Source: a virus (taxonomy: Duplodnaviria; Caudoviricetes). Taken from it: a stretch of 64,000 nt of DNA. Position numbers and translations under genes: made by a program. The first letter of the stretch is position 1, and the number at the start of each line of letters is the position of its first letter. The stretch lies in the IMG/VR virus record IMGVR_UViG_3300027710_000022, positions 11,076 to 75,075 of that record. One strand, 5' to 3'. Below, in pieces: positions 1-9,777 of this stretch. The notes under the pieces are model-generated. The model saw only the letters and a list, made by a program, of their open reading frames with translations, ran no database searches and had not been told where the DNA came from.

Positions 1-115
1 TATCCGTAAGGGTCATACCAGAACAACAAAGAAAAGAGCTTAGATTTTTTCAAAATTAAAACCCTCTCAACCCGAGAGGGTTTTTTTATTTCAAACCATA
101 ATATTTATATAACAT

Positions 116-961
116 ATGAAAAGTTTAAATGAACAAACATCCCGCATCAAACAAATGATGGGATTAAATGAACAAACATCGTTGGATGAAATTGGTTATG
201 GGGCATATGCAATGCAACAAGCAGGAAAAACATCCATTCAAACCACAGTATCACCAGAAAGTAAATCGATTGCGGACAAATTACGTAATTCAGTTGGGCA
301 TGAAGAATTTCTTAATGATATTAAATTAATTAAAAACACCAAACAATTTTGGGAAGTGGATGCCGCTATAAGAAAATTTAGAGCCGATAGACCAGATTAT
401 GGTTTTGAGAAATTGGCAAATAGTGGTGGTAATTATGGTAGAGGGGTAATGACCTCAGTTGTTGAACATCTTAAATCAATTGGTATTCAATCCGCACCGG
501 CAAACCAATTTAGTAGTAGTATTGAAATTCTAAGTAAACCAACTGTTGTCAAACAACAATGGGTTAAAAATAATGGTTTCCCATTAAAGTTTGGACAAAT
601 GACCGAAAAGTACCCAAATGGTATTATCGGTAAATTCCAAGTTGCATTAAATTCGGGATTGAATGGGGATGGTTATTTTGGTTCAACAACTGAAAATAAA
701 GTAAAGGTGAAATTTCCTCAGTATAAAAGAGAAATAGGGGTAACTGAAGAAATGTATAATACAATTGTAAAAAATGTTGCTGTTAGTAAAGACCTAAAGA
801 CAACATACGATATGAACACACAAGCAGGTAAAGATGCATATCTACAACAACAATTGAAAACCACACCATCGTTTAACCCTGCAGCCAAATATTCACAAGT
901 AACCGCACAACAACAAGCTAATGCCGATGCACTTAAAAACGGTCAACCGTTACCCAAATAA
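116..961 (+). CDS. Hypothetical virion-associated protein with a peptidoglycan-binding-like motif
   Basis: 281-aa ORF. N-terminus LNEQTSRIKQMMGLNEQ; FQVALNSGLNGDGYFGSTT resembles PG_binding_1 (DGxFGxxT). TATTTATA at 102-109. Confidence 0.6.
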   Translation: MKSLNEQTSRIKQMMGLNEQTSLDEIGYGAYAMQQAGKTSIQTTVSPESKSIADKLRNSVGHEEFLNDIKLIKNTKQFWEVDAAIRKFRADRPDYGFEKLANSGGNYGRGVMTSVVEHLKSIGIQSAPANQFSSSIEILSKPTVVKQQWVKNNGFPLKFGQMTEKYPNGIIGKFQVALNSGLNGDGYFGSTTENKVKVKFPQYKREIGVTEEMYNTIVKNVAVSKDLKTTYDMNTQAGKDAYLQQQLKTTPSFNPAAKYSQVTAQQQANADALKNGQPLPK

Positions 962-1067
962 AAAAAAGAATAATTAATCATAAAAAAATATTTAAATCCC
1001 TCCCACAAAGAGGGGTTTTTTTATTCCATATATTTTTTGTTGTATTTATATAAAAACAATATACAAT

Positions 1068-2093
1068 ATGTTAAAAGAACAAATTCCTACAGGTTGGCAA
1101 GGTGGTTTTCCATCTGAAAACCAAAAACAAATGTTATATCCTACTACAGATTTAACTTCATTACCTATGTTGGGTAATATGGATAATATTAATTTACTAC
1201 AAAGACAATGGGGTGTTAAATGGCCAATGTTTAGTTGGAATACACTAAATGGAGAAAAAGACCCAAAACGTTGTTATGTACAATTTGCTCCTTATATTTC
1301 AAGAATCGGATATACCAATGAAGGTAGAATCTATTCCATAATCTGTCCACAACAAGGGATGTGGATTAAAGATGAGATTTGTATCAATGTGGAAGTAACA
1401 GTTACGGGACAAAGAGGATGGGTTAATGAAGACACAAAAGAGATTGCTGCAGATATGATGGTAGAGGGAAAAATTTGGTTAACACCAGGTGAACATCAAG
1501 GTAAGTTATTAAAATTAATTTGGCCATTATTAAAATACAGTTCTCGCAAATACCCTATCGACAAAGATCATGCTATTCGTGTTTTAACACATCTACCAGG
1601 AAACCCTAAAGAACCTATATTCCAACTTGGAAAGGGATTATCTCCAAGATTTAAGAATCCTGATTTTGCCATAAAGGAAGAAGCATATAGTACAGGACAT
1701 ATCAATGTGGAAATAGGAGAAGTGGTTCTTACAAATGACCACAAATTAGATAAGTTTAATCAATACTTCTTAAACCTTTTTAACTTAGGTACGGGTAATA
1801 TGTTACAAAAGGGTAACGTATTATCGTGGAATCTATTTTTTGATTCACCTGAATTGGTTTCAATTCCTGAATGGCAAAATCATGCTGACTATTGGCGTAC
1901 ATCCATAGGTGCCCATCACGGTTCACCAGGTGGTGAAGGAACAAGTCCAAGATATTTTGATGGAACCTATTTTGACACGAAAAATTTCGCAATTAAGGAA
2001 GTTATTAAAGATGTTTTAGATCACGTTGTTAAAAACTCCGTATTGAATAAGATTCTAAAATTGGTTGTGGAATATTACCCTAAAACAAAATAA
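1068..2093 (+). CDS. Hypothetical protein
   Basis: 341-aa ORF with TATTTATA at 1043-1050; no recognisable family motif. Confidence 0.7.
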   Translation: MLKEQIPTGWQGGFPSENQKQMLYPTTDLTSLPMLGNMDNINLLQRQWGVKWPMFSWNTLNGEKDPKRCYVQFAPYISRIGYTNEGRIYSIICPQQGMWIKDEICINVEVTVTGQRGWVNEDTKEIAADMMVEGKIWLTPGEHQGKLLKLIWPLLKYSSRKYPIDKDHAIRVLTHLPGNPKEPIFQLGKGLSPRFKNPDFAIKEEAYSTGHINVEIGEVVLTNDHKLDKFNQYFLNLFNLGTGNMLQKGNVLSWNLFFDSPELVSIPEWQNHADYWRTSIGAHHGSPGGEGTSPRYFDGTYFDTKNFAIKEVIKDVLDHVVKNSVLNKILKLVVEYYPKTK

Positions 2094-2122
2094 AGTTTGT
2101 ATTTATATAAAAACAAAATACT

Positions 2123-2362
2123 ATGGACGAATTAATTGGAGTTGTAAAATTATTCGGTGGGAACTTTACCCCACAAGGATTCATGGAATGTAATGGACAA
2201 TTACTACCAGTAAATAATTATCAAGCGTTGTACTCAATACTCGGTAATACCTATGGAGGTAATTATCAATCCATGACATTCGCTTTACCTAAATTAACAC
2301 CTCCCAATGAGAATATGAAATATATTATGTGTGTGGAAGGTATATACCCATCAAGACCTTAA
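2123..2362 (+). CDS. Phage tail collar domain protein
   Basis: IGVVKLFGGNFTPQGFMECNGQLLPVNNYQALYSILGNTYGG...FALPKL is the typical tail-collar (MdpB-like) pattern. Confidence 0.85.
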   Translation: MDELIGVVKLFGGNFTPQGFMECNGQLLPVNNYQALYSILGNTYGGNYQSMTFALPKLTPPNENMKYIMCVEGIYPSRP

Positions 2363-2366
2363 TACA

Positions 2367-3098
2367 ATGACAAAAGACGAAGTACTCTATAACGTACAAT
2401 TATGTGACGTTGTATACAAAGACCAAAAAGACATTGACTTCAAATCACTTGGATTAAGTTCCGTTAAGTGGATTGACGAAAAGAAATCAGATACCCAAGG
2501 ATTTGTTGCCATGAAAGGGAAGTCACTATATGTGGTCTTCAGAGGTACGTCATCAAAGAAGGATGCTCAGAATGATGTATCCATCGACAAGGTTCCCTTC
2601 ATCAATGAGGGTGATAAGGTCCATATTGGATTTAAGTCCTCTTGGGATGCCGTTAAGAACACCATCCTCAAAGACATCACCAAGATGAGTGGGTATAATA
2701 AGATTGTTGTATGTGGTCATAGTCTTGGAGCTGCAGTTGCTACTCTATGTGCTTATAATCTTTCCCACGTATTTGAGGATACCACTATTGAATGTTGTAC
2801 CATAGGAAGTCCAAGGGTCGGTAATAAGACCTTTAAGAACAACTACGACAGTCGTAAGATTAAAACCCTTAGAATCGTCCATAATAACGACGTGGTGACA
2901 CGTTCTCCCAACATAGGGTACTATCACGTCAATTACATGTTACGAATCGATAACGAGGGTAATATTAAGAAATTTATGATTGATTGGGAACGTGCTTGGA
3001 ATTTCCTTAAATCTATGGTTACCGGAAAGAACATTAAGGACCATATGACGGATGGGTATATAAGTTCATTAAAGAAGTGGTACGATAAACAACCGTAA
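2367..3098 (+). CDS. Lipase class 3 (alpha/beta hydrolase)
   Basis: VVFRGT, VHIGF, GHSLGAAVA nucleophile elbow, GSPRVGN, NDVV, C-terminal DH. Start moved to ATG 2367, after the preceding stop. Confidence 0.9.
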   Translation: MTKDEVLYNVQLCDVVYKDQKDIDFKSLGLSSVKWIDEKKSDTQGFVAMKGKSLYVVFRGTSSKKDAQNDVSIDKVPFINEGDKVHIGFKSSWDAVKNTILKDITKMSGYNKIVVCGHSLGAAVATLCAYNLSHVFEDTTIECCTIGSPRVGNKTFKNNYDSRKIKTLRIVHNNDVVTRSPNIGYYHVNYMLRIDNEGNIKKFMIDWERAWNFLKSMVTGKNIKDHMTDGYISSLKKWYDKQP

Positions 3099-3099
3099 T

Positions 3100-3462
3100 A
3101 TGAAAGTTATTATATCAGAGTCCCAATTAAGGACCATTATTGAACAACAAACCACCAACCTTACCGTTCCCGAGCAAACCCTATTGGGTTTCTTAAATCG
3201 GTTCCTTAAAGGGGAAGAAGGGGAGTTTCAGAATACCCCCATAGATCAGCTTAGAAAGACGATGTTGTTTAATAGTAAGACAATATACCCGATGGCACAG
3301 AAGTTAATTGAGAAGAAAACCACCAGTAAGAAAACCTACGACGATAAGACTTTTAATTCCCTGTTTATGGCCATGGATAAATCCATCACAAAGGAACAAA
3401 GATATATGTTCTTTAAGGAAGGTGGTTCCATCACAGACATAAAGTACAATTCACAGTTTTAA
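3100..3462 (+). CDS. Hypothetical protein with MKxIxSESQL N-terminal motif
   Basis: MKVIISESQLRTIIEQ start shared with several other ORFs in the window. Confidence 0.7.
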   Translation: MKVIISESQLRTIIEQQTTNLTVPEQTLLGFLNRFLKGEEGEFQNTPIDQLRKTMLFNSKTIYPMAQKLIEKKTTSKKTYDDKTFNSLFMAMDKSITKEQRYMFFKEGGSITDIKYNSQF

Positions 3463-3695
3463 TGAAACATTACCAGATATCGAGTGTAATCGAGAATAAC
3501 CCCTGCTTTAACTGCAAACCTTGTTTAAGATTAAGGTTGATGGATATGGGGTTTATTCCCGGACAAAAGATTGATGTGGAAGACACTAAGTTGGGGTTAT
3601 ACTTGGTTCATTTAAAATCCTTTAATGGTAACCACGAACAGACATATGCATTGAGGGAAGATGAGTTTGAACGTCTGTGTGTTCTTCCTTTGTAA
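3462..3695 (+). CDS. feoA: FeoA-like SH3 domain protein
   Basis: RLRLMDMGFIPGQKIDV...YALREDE matches the FeoA pattern (RLxxMGxxPG...ALR). Confidence 0.7.
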   Translation: MKHYQISSVIENNPCFNCKPCLRLRLMDMGFIPGQKIDVEDTKLGLYLVHLKSFNGNHEQTYALREDEFERLCVLPL

Positions 3696-3798
3696 TTTCT
3701 AACCTCGTATATCCCCGTTCACAGTTCTCGTACTCCGGTACCCCCGTTCGCAATTTGTGTCCGTTATATTTTTGGGATATTTATAATGAAACAATTAT

Positions 3799-3921
3799 AT
3801 GGGAACTGCAGCAAAAAAACCACGTGCAATGAGAAGTGTACGTTCAGGAAGAAAGAAAATGGAAATCTATAAAAAGAATCAAGAAATTCTTAAGAAGTAT
3901 TTGAAATTAGCTAAAGGGTAA
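3799..3921 (+). CDS. Small basic protein (40 aa), not in the ORF track
   Basis: MGTAAKKPRAMRSVRSGRKKMEIYKKNQEILKKYLKLAKG. TATTTATA at 3778-3785; its stop overlaps the next ATG (TAATG). Confidence 0.6.
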   Translation: MGTAAKKPRAMRSVRSGRKKMEIYKKNQEILKKYLKLAKG

Positions 3922-4559
3922 TGAAATTTGAAAATATCATTATTGAAATGATTCAACATGATGTTGAGGAGATTGCAACGAAAGAAAAAGAACTCGTTGG
4001 TAAAGGAGCATTTCATAATGTGTATCCATCAAATAAAAATCCAAATATAGTTTATAAGATTGGGTTTGATGAGGATGTTAATGGTTGGGTGGATTTATTC
4101 AAAAGTCGTCCCGATATTTTTCCGAAGGTGTATGGTGCGGGTCACGTTAACATCAAATTGAAAAAACAAGTAACGAACTTCTCTTGGAGAACTGGTGAAT
4201 TTAAACCTATTACATATAACCCCGGAGATACTGTTAAAGTAAAGTATGTTGCGGTTGAGAGGTTGGATACCGATAAATCAAAACAACATTGGAATTCGTT
4301 GGCTAATGTTATTTCAACAATGTCAGGTAAATCATTACAAACATATCTTACAAGTTTGGGGATGGATGAGGAAATGGAAGAAGAATTTTTATCTCTTGGT
4401 GAAAAAATAAAAGAAACGGGTAATGATTTCATTTATGAAATCTTTGTTGAGTTATACAATCTTATTCATTCTGTATACGAATTGAAACCAACTGCTGATG
4501 TTCATGTCGGTAACTATGGATATGATAAGGATGGTAACTTAAAATGCTTGGATATTTAA
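3921..4559 (+). CDS. Protein kinase-like fold protein
   Basis: Gly-rich loop VGKGAFHNVY, VYKI lysine, catalytic-loop-like DVHVGNYG, terminal CLDI. Confidence 0.7.
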   Translation: MKFENIIIEMIQHDVEEIATKEKELVGKGAFHNVYPSNKNPNIVYKIGFDEDVNGWVDLFKSRPDIFPKVYGAGHVNIKLKKQVTNFSWRTGEFKPITYNPGDTVKVKYVAVERLDTDKSKQHWNSLANVISTMSGKSLQTYLTSLGMDEEMEEEFLSLGEKIKETGNDFIYEIFVELYNLIHSVYELKPTADVHVGNYGYDKDGNLKCLDI

Positions 4560-4563
4560 TAAT

Positions 4564-5622
4564 ATGAAGTTACTTGATGTTATATTTGAATCGGTAATTG
4601 AGTTAAATGAAAAAATGACTCAAGATGAGTTTATTGATAAATCCAATAAAGTTCATGGAGACAGATATGACTATAAAGACGTAAATTATGTTAATAACAG
4701 AACTAATGTAACAATTATCTGTAAAAAACATGGACCGTTTAGAGTCATTCCAAGTAATTTTTTGGCGGGAGGTAATTGCCCCGAGTGTGGAAAAGAAAGT
4801 AGAAGACAAAAACAAATAAGTAATACGGACGAATTCATAAAAAGGTCAATCGAAAGACATGGGGATAAATACGATTATACTAAGGTCGATTATAAAACCG
4901 CTAAAATTCCGGTTACCATCACTTGCCCAAAACACGGAGATTTTCAAATTACACCAAACAAACATCTGTTAGGTAGTGGATGTAAAAAATGTCATTTTGA
5001 TAGAAAAAGACATTCGGTTGATGATTTTATTAGAAAGGCAAAACAAAAACATGGAGATACATATGATTATAGTAATGTAAAATATGTAAATGACATGACT
5101 CCTGTTGAAATTATATGTGCAAAACACGGACCCTTCTATGCATCCCCAAATAATCACATAAGTAAAGGTTCAGGATGTGCACCATGTAAACATTCTAAAG
5201 GTGAAAAAATGTTAAATCAATTATTGGAAGATAAAGGTTTAAAATTTGAGACAGAATTTAAGTTTAGTGAATGTATTGGTTATAGTGATGAACATACATG
5301 TATTAAATCTAGAAAATTAAAATTTGATTTTTATGTGCCAGAATTAAATACGTTAATTGAATATGATGGAGCATTTCATTTTATTCAAATGGGAATGGTT
5401 AACGACGAGCAATTTTTAAGGGATATATTAAATGATAAACAGAAAAATGATTTTACTAAACGTAAAGGAATTAAATTAATTCGTATCGCTTATACTGATT
5501 TTGATAGTATATCTGAAGAATTAGAAAATGGTTTAAATAGTAATAAACAACTATATTTAAGTAAAAACTATCCCACGGATAAGGGTTGGGTAAGTTTTGA
5601 TATGAAAACAATACAAAAATAA
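4564..5622 (+). CDS. Putative homing-type endonuclease: three DUF723-like zinc repeats plus a C-terminal PD-(D/E)xK/Vsr-like domain
   Basis: Three copies of FIxK...HGDxYDY...CxxHGxF...GxGCxxC, then KFDFYVPELNTLIEYDGAFHF...KNDF...IKLIRI. Confidence 0.8.
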   Translation: MKLLDVIFESVIELNEKMTQDEFIDKSNKVHGDRYDYKDVNYVNNRTNVTIICKKHGPFRVIPSNFLAGGNCPECGKESRRQKQISNTDEFIKRSIERHGDKYDYTKVDYKTAKIPVTITCPKHGDFQITPNKHLLGSGCKKCHFDRKRHSVDDFIRKAKQKHGDTYDYSNVKYVNDMTPVEIICAKHGPFYASPNNHISKGSGCAPCKHSKGEKMLNQLLEDKGLKFETEFKFSECIGYSDEHTCIKSRKLKFDFYVPELNTLIEYDGAFHFIQMGMVNDEQFLRDILNDKQKNDFTKRKGIKLIRIAYTDFDSISEELENGLNSNKQLYLSKNYPTDKGWVSFDMKTIQK

Positions 5623-5629
5623 TAATATT

Positions 5630-5941
5630 ATGAAACTAACAGACATACTAACGGAATCAAAATCATTTGATGAGTTTGCAGAAAAAAGAATGGGTGGAGC
5701 AACTAAGATTGCTAATAATGCCAAAGAAAAGGGTGGCCCATCAATGTTGACTTATCATCATTTTAAAGTAAAACTTCCTTACTATAAGAAAGCATCTGAA
5801 GGTAAATTTGATATGGAAGAGTCAAAGAAAGAGTTTATTAAAACATTAAAAAGTATATCTTTAGATATGAACCAAACTGAATTTCAAACAGAGGTTGGTC
5901 GTTTAGAGGTACTTGGTGAACTTATAATCAAACATAAATAA
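5630..5941 (+). CDS. Hypothetical protein with MKLxDILxE N-terminal motif
   Basis: MKLTDILTES start; tightly packed with neighbours. Confidence 0.7.
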   Translation: MKLTDILTESKSFDEFAEKRMGGATKIANNAKEKGGPSMLTYHHFKVKLPYYKKASEGKFDMEESKKEFIKTLKSISLDMNQTEFQTEVGRLEVLGELIIKHK

Positions 5942-6456
5942 TGAAATTATTAGACATTTTAAAAGAACAAGGTTATTGGAGTGATGGTGCCGATAAGGTC
6001 GCATCTGAGAAACAGAAATGTGGTATTAGTGGACAACAAGGTAATAATTCTCGTGAAATGAGACAACAGGACAGAGAGCTTGCTGCAAGTAATAGAGCCG
6101 AAGCCAAAGCAAACGCTGCGGAACTCAAGAAGACCTTTGATATGAGATATAATAGAGATAATGAACCTTTAGATAAAGCAACCAGAAATCAAATATTTGG
6201 TGAGTATAAACAGTTTAACCAAGGTTTATTAGGTGGAGGTTCATATTCTCCCGAACAAAAATTTGCAGTCTTATATAAGGTTTATGATTGGGTTAAGAAC
6301 GTACCGAGTATATCATACACCAAAAAATTATCAGTTAAATTTAACAATCCAAATATAAAATCAATCTCTCTTGAACAACTTGCTGGTTATGCAAATCAAA
6401 TGGGATGGGACAATTTTATAAATTGGTATAATGCAGGTGGACCTGTCATTAAGTAA
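5941..6456 (+). CDS. Hypothetical protein with MKLxDILxE N-terminal motif
   Basis: MKLLDILKEQ start; stop/start overlap with the previous ORF. Confidence 0.7.
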   Translation: MKLLDILKEQGYWSDGADKVASEKQKCGISGQQGNNSREMRQQDRELAASNRAEAKANAAELKKTFDMRYNRDNEPLDKATRNQIFGEYKQFNQGLLGGGSYSPEQKFAVLYKVYDWVKNVPSISYTKKLSVKFNNPNIKSISLEQLAGYANQMGWDNFINWYNAGGPVIK

Positions 6457-6511
6457 GATACCTCCGGTTTGAAGACCGGACTTAGGGCCGGGACTAGTTA
6501 CTAATCCCGTT

Positions 6512-6545
6512 GGGACAAGAATTCGCTACTCTTGTCCCTTTTTTA
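6512..6545 (+). terminator. Intrinsic terminator
   Basis: GGGACAAGA/TCTTGTCCC 9-bp stem followed by a T-tract. Confidence 0.75.
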
Positions 6546-6593
6546 TTTAAATTATTTAACAAATCCGTATATTTATAAAGATACAATATCAAA

Positions 6594-6977
6594 ATGGGAA
6601 AGAAAATCAAAATCACAGAAGAACAATTAAAGAAAATAATTGCTTCTAAACAAGTAAACGAACAAAATCATTTTCCTACCAATCCAATTTCTGGACCAGT
6701 TTCCGCAGGTTCTACGGATGTGGCTAGTGAATCAGAAAGAATGATTGATAGTTTTGTTAATCAATATAAAGATTTAGTTGCAGGTTCAGAATTCGACACT
6801 GAAGAGTCTCTATTAAATGCTTGTGATGTATTAAAATCTAAACTATGCGGTAATAACGAACCGGTAGATTATACAATGGGTAGTGATGATGAAAACATGA
6901 TGCCAAACCCACCATCAGAAATTGAAATGAATGAATCGGTAATTAAAATAAAATCGGAATTTAATAGATTTTTATAA
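6594..6977 (+). CDS. Hypothetical protein with ITEEQLKKII N-terminal motif
   Basis: MGKKIKITEEQLKKII start; TATTTATA at 6570-6577. Confidence 0.7.
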   Translation: MGKKIKITEEQLKKIIASKQVNEQNHFPTNPISGPVSAGSTDVASESERMIDSFVNQYKDLVAGSEFDTEESLLNACDVLKSKLCGNNEPVDYTMGSDDENMMPNPPSEIEMNESVIKIKSEFNRFL

Positions 6978-7009
6978 TATTAAAAACCCTCATTAATGAG
7001 GGTTTTTTT

Positions 7010-7228
7010 ATGCCCATGGAGAAACAAAAATGTAATTTTATTGGTTGTGGTAGAGACGCTGAATATAAAGAAACATATAAAGTTCTTGATAGTAATTTAG
7101 GTCTATATTCGTTTACAACCAATTTATGTACAAAACACTTTTGGGAGATTCATAACTTCAAGGAAAAGGTTATTGGTGACTTTTCAGTGTTCTTTAAGGA
7201 GAGTCCAGATAAATCCTATTACGTATAG
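7010..7228 (+). CDS. Hypothetical protein
   Basis: 72-aa ORF between a terminator and the next gene. Confidence 0.5.
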   Translation: MPMEKQKCNFIGCGRDAEYKETYKVLDSNLGLYSFTTNLCTKHFWEIHNFKEKVIGDFSVFFKESPDKSYYV

Positions 7229-7240
7229 TATTTATACTAT

Positions 7241-7849
7241 ATGAAAATAGTATTAACCGAAAATCAATACAAATCTGTTATTCTTGAAGAAACGAATGGT
7301 ATTGACTCATTTATTGGTGAGTTGTTAACCGCTTACCCAAGATTGGAGTCTCATATTGATTTAGTTAAGAAATTCATAGAAGAATCAAATTGTCAAAATA
7401 TTGAATTTGGTACCTTTAAGTTACCTGCCGCTGGTATATCATTACACAACAAAGTTGTTATCAATAATAAAGTATTAAAATACACATTAGAAAATACCCT
7501 ATTTGTTATTTTCCATGAAGTTGCTCATCAATACCAATACAAGAAATATGGTTCAGATATGATGCACAGATTTTATGTTGGGGAGGTTGATATGGATGAA
7601 GCTGTTAGATTTTTAAAATATACGGAAAATGTTGCGGATCAATTTGGGTTGAGAAAGTGTAGAGAATTTGTTAAATTAGGCTTATTAACCAAGGAATACA
7701 TTCCCAAAATGGGCGGATATGATAATTTTAGTGATATGATGTTCGTGAACTATCTTAACATACTTAGGGATAAAATAAAAGAAAGTGGTGAAACGGATGA
7801 TGAAAAAATAAGTGAGTCTCTTTATAACTGGGCGATTGTAAAATTATAA
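7241..7849 (+). CDS. HExxH zincin-like metallopeptidase candidate
   Basis: VIFHEVAHQYQ motif; MKIVLTENQY start; TATTTATA at 7229-7236. Confidence 0.65.
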   Translation: MKIVLTENQYKSVILEETNGIDSFIGELLTAYPRLESHIDLVKKFIEESNCQNIEFGTFKLPAAGISLHNKVVINNKVLKYTLENTLFVIFHEVAHQYQYKKYGSDMMHRFYVGEVDMDEAVRFLKYTENVADQFGLRKCREFVKLGLLTKEYIPKMGGYDNFSDMMFVNYLNILRDKIKESGETDDEKISESLYNWAIVKL

Positions 7850-7850
7850 C

Positions 7851-8201
7851 ATGAAAATAGTATTAACAGAATCACAATTAAAGTGTATTATTGAATCTGA
7901 GAAAAACGGAGTTATACATTGTGACGGTTGTGGGTGGGAATGGAAGAAATCAGATGGGGGAAAAGATATATATGTGTGTCATAAATGTGGACATGACAAT
8001 GAGAAATTAAATGAAGATGATGGTGAGGAAAGAAAAGATGTTTACAGTTCTTTAACTGACAAACAAATTAAAAGTATTGATGATTTAAACAAGGACGCAA
8101 AATTCTTGAAATGTAAGGCGTGTAGAAAATTATACACCCAAACAACGTACAAAAAGAAAAAATCGTTACCCATTTGTCCTTGGTGCGGGAAACATAATTA
8201 A
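7851..8201 (+). CDS. Double zinc-ribbon protein
   Basis: Four CxxC pairs (CDGC, CHKC, CKAC, CPWC); MKIVLTESQL start. Confidence 0.7.
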   Translation: MKIVLTESQLKCIIESEKNGVIHCDGCGWEWKKSDGGKDIYVCHKCGHDNEKLNEDDGEERKDVYSSLTDKQIKSIDDLNKDAKFLKCKACRKLYTQTTYKKKKSLPICPWCGKHN

Positions 8202-8237
8202 TAACAATTAGGTATTTATATAACAAAGATAGTCCAA

Positions 8238-9506
8238 ATGAAGAAAATAATAGTGACAGAAAATCAAGCAAGAGTAATTGTTAATCATTTTATTAATGAA
8301 CAAAATGAGATAAAAACAGAAGGGATTACTGTTGACTTTGGAGCTGTTTGGCCTATGGGTAAATGGAAACTAACTAATGAGCAGATAACACAGATTACTC
8401 AAAAGGCAATACAAATAACCAATTTTATAACTAAACATAAGGGTAGTAAAATAACAATTCAAATAGAAGCCGGAGAAAGTCAAATTACAAATAAAGATAA
8501 TGAAGTGTCACCACCAGTTGAATTAGCACAAGGAGTATTATCACAAAAAAGGGGTGAGTCTATGGTAAATTTCTTAAAAAATTATTTCCAATCATTGGTA
8601 GGTAAGACTATAACACAAAATGAATTACCAAACATTCCTGAACCTAAAACAATAATTGGTACAACTCCATATAAAAAGGGTGACATTACAGATCCTAAAA
8701 CAGGTAAAGTAGACCCACAGAAGGCTGCTGTTTATCAAAATGAACAATTTGTTAGAGCGGTGATTACTGCATCAAAAGATTACGAATGTCTTGTGGGTAT
8801 GGAAATTACCATTGGATACTATCAGGGTCAAAATAAAGCGAATCACGAATGTGATGAGGCTATTTTTGATTTAAGAATGAACGGAATATCGTTAGGTGTG
8901 GTTAATTTAAATAACTCAAGTTTAGATATGGGAACTGATTATGCAAAAAATAATCTTCAAAGAAAACAAACGAATTACGAAAAAACAGTATCAGAATTTG
9001 AAAGGTTGCTTGCTGCCGGAACATATAAAGAAAGGGATAGAAAAAAATACGTTCCAGAACAACCAACAATCGCTTGGCCGCAATCATTTAGGTTACAGGC
9101 ATCTAAACTTGGATATAAAACAGTAGAACCGTTTGTTGAGGCTTTACAAACAATTAATGACTCTTTTAAACAATATGGTAGAAAAAGTGATGGTAAAAGT
9201 GGTGGAAACAGATCTCAAACTTTTATACTAGACGGAGCAAAGGCTAAAACTATAATTGATAATTCACCTTCGGATAAAATAGTTTTATCTATCGTCCCAT
9301 TGGTAACAAAAGATGGTAATTACAAAATATTTTATCAGACGGGTACACACGCAGACACTCCATGGGTAACTATTAAAAGTAAAACGTCCCCTGACCCACT
9401 ATTTAACGGGGAACCAAACGTGGGTATGGGTAGGGGTAGTACAAAGGAGACAATTCTTTTACAAACTGACCTATGCGGTAACCCAATTACTAAACCCCAA
9501 CCTTAA
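8238..9506 (+). CDS. Probable virion protein with an OmpA-C-like peptidoglycan-binding domain
   Basis: ITIQIEAGES...LSQKRGESMVNFL resembles the OmpA C-terminal motif (IxGxxD...LSxxRAxxVxxYL). MKKIIVTENQ start; TATTTATA at 8213-8220. Confidence 0.55.
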   Translation: MKKIIVTENQARVIVNHFINEQNEIKTEGITVDFGAVWPMGKWKLTNEQITQITQKAIQITNFITKHKGSKITIQIEAGESQITNKDNEVSPPVELAQGVLSQKRGESMVNFLKNYFQSLVGKTITQNELPNIPEPKTIIGTTPYKKGDITDPKTGKVDPQKAAVYQNEQFVRAVITASKDYECLVGMEITIGYYQGQNKANHECDEAIFDLRMNGISLGVVNLNNSSLDMGTDYAKNNLQRKQTNYEKTVSEFERLLAAGTYKERDRKKYVPEQPTIAWPQSFRLQASKLGYKTVEPFVEALQTINDSFKQYGRKSDGKSGGNRSQTFILDGAKAKTIIDNSPSDKIVLSIVPLVTKDGNYKIFYQTGTHADTPWVTIKSKTSPDPLFNGEPNVGMGRGSTKETILLQTDLCGNPITKPQP

Positions 9507-9682
9507 TTATCGGGTGAGTAGTTTTTAACAAAATTAATTGTGTGATTATAAAGAAGTGAGTCGTACTCTTTTTTTGTGACCATTTTATTTTCCCAAACAT
9601 GTGTTTTTTTTGTTACAATTTTTTGTTGTGAACACCCACATGTTACCATGATAAGAATCATAACCATTATAATATTTCTCAT
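9503..9682 (-). CDS. Small putative lipoprotein (59 aa), not in the ORF track
   Basis: MRNIIMVMILIMVTCGCSQQK...: hydrophobic signal followed by Cys. Confidence 0.45.
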   Translation of the reverse strand: MRNIIMVMILIMVTCGCSQQKIVTKKTHVWENKMVTKKEYDSLLYNHTINFVKNYSPDN

Positions 9683-9777
9683 ATTGTAATTTTTTACAAA
9701 ACTAATATTATTTTCTTAATTCTACAAATTTTTTTGGAATATTTATAAATAAATAAACATTTAATCAAACACAAAAT

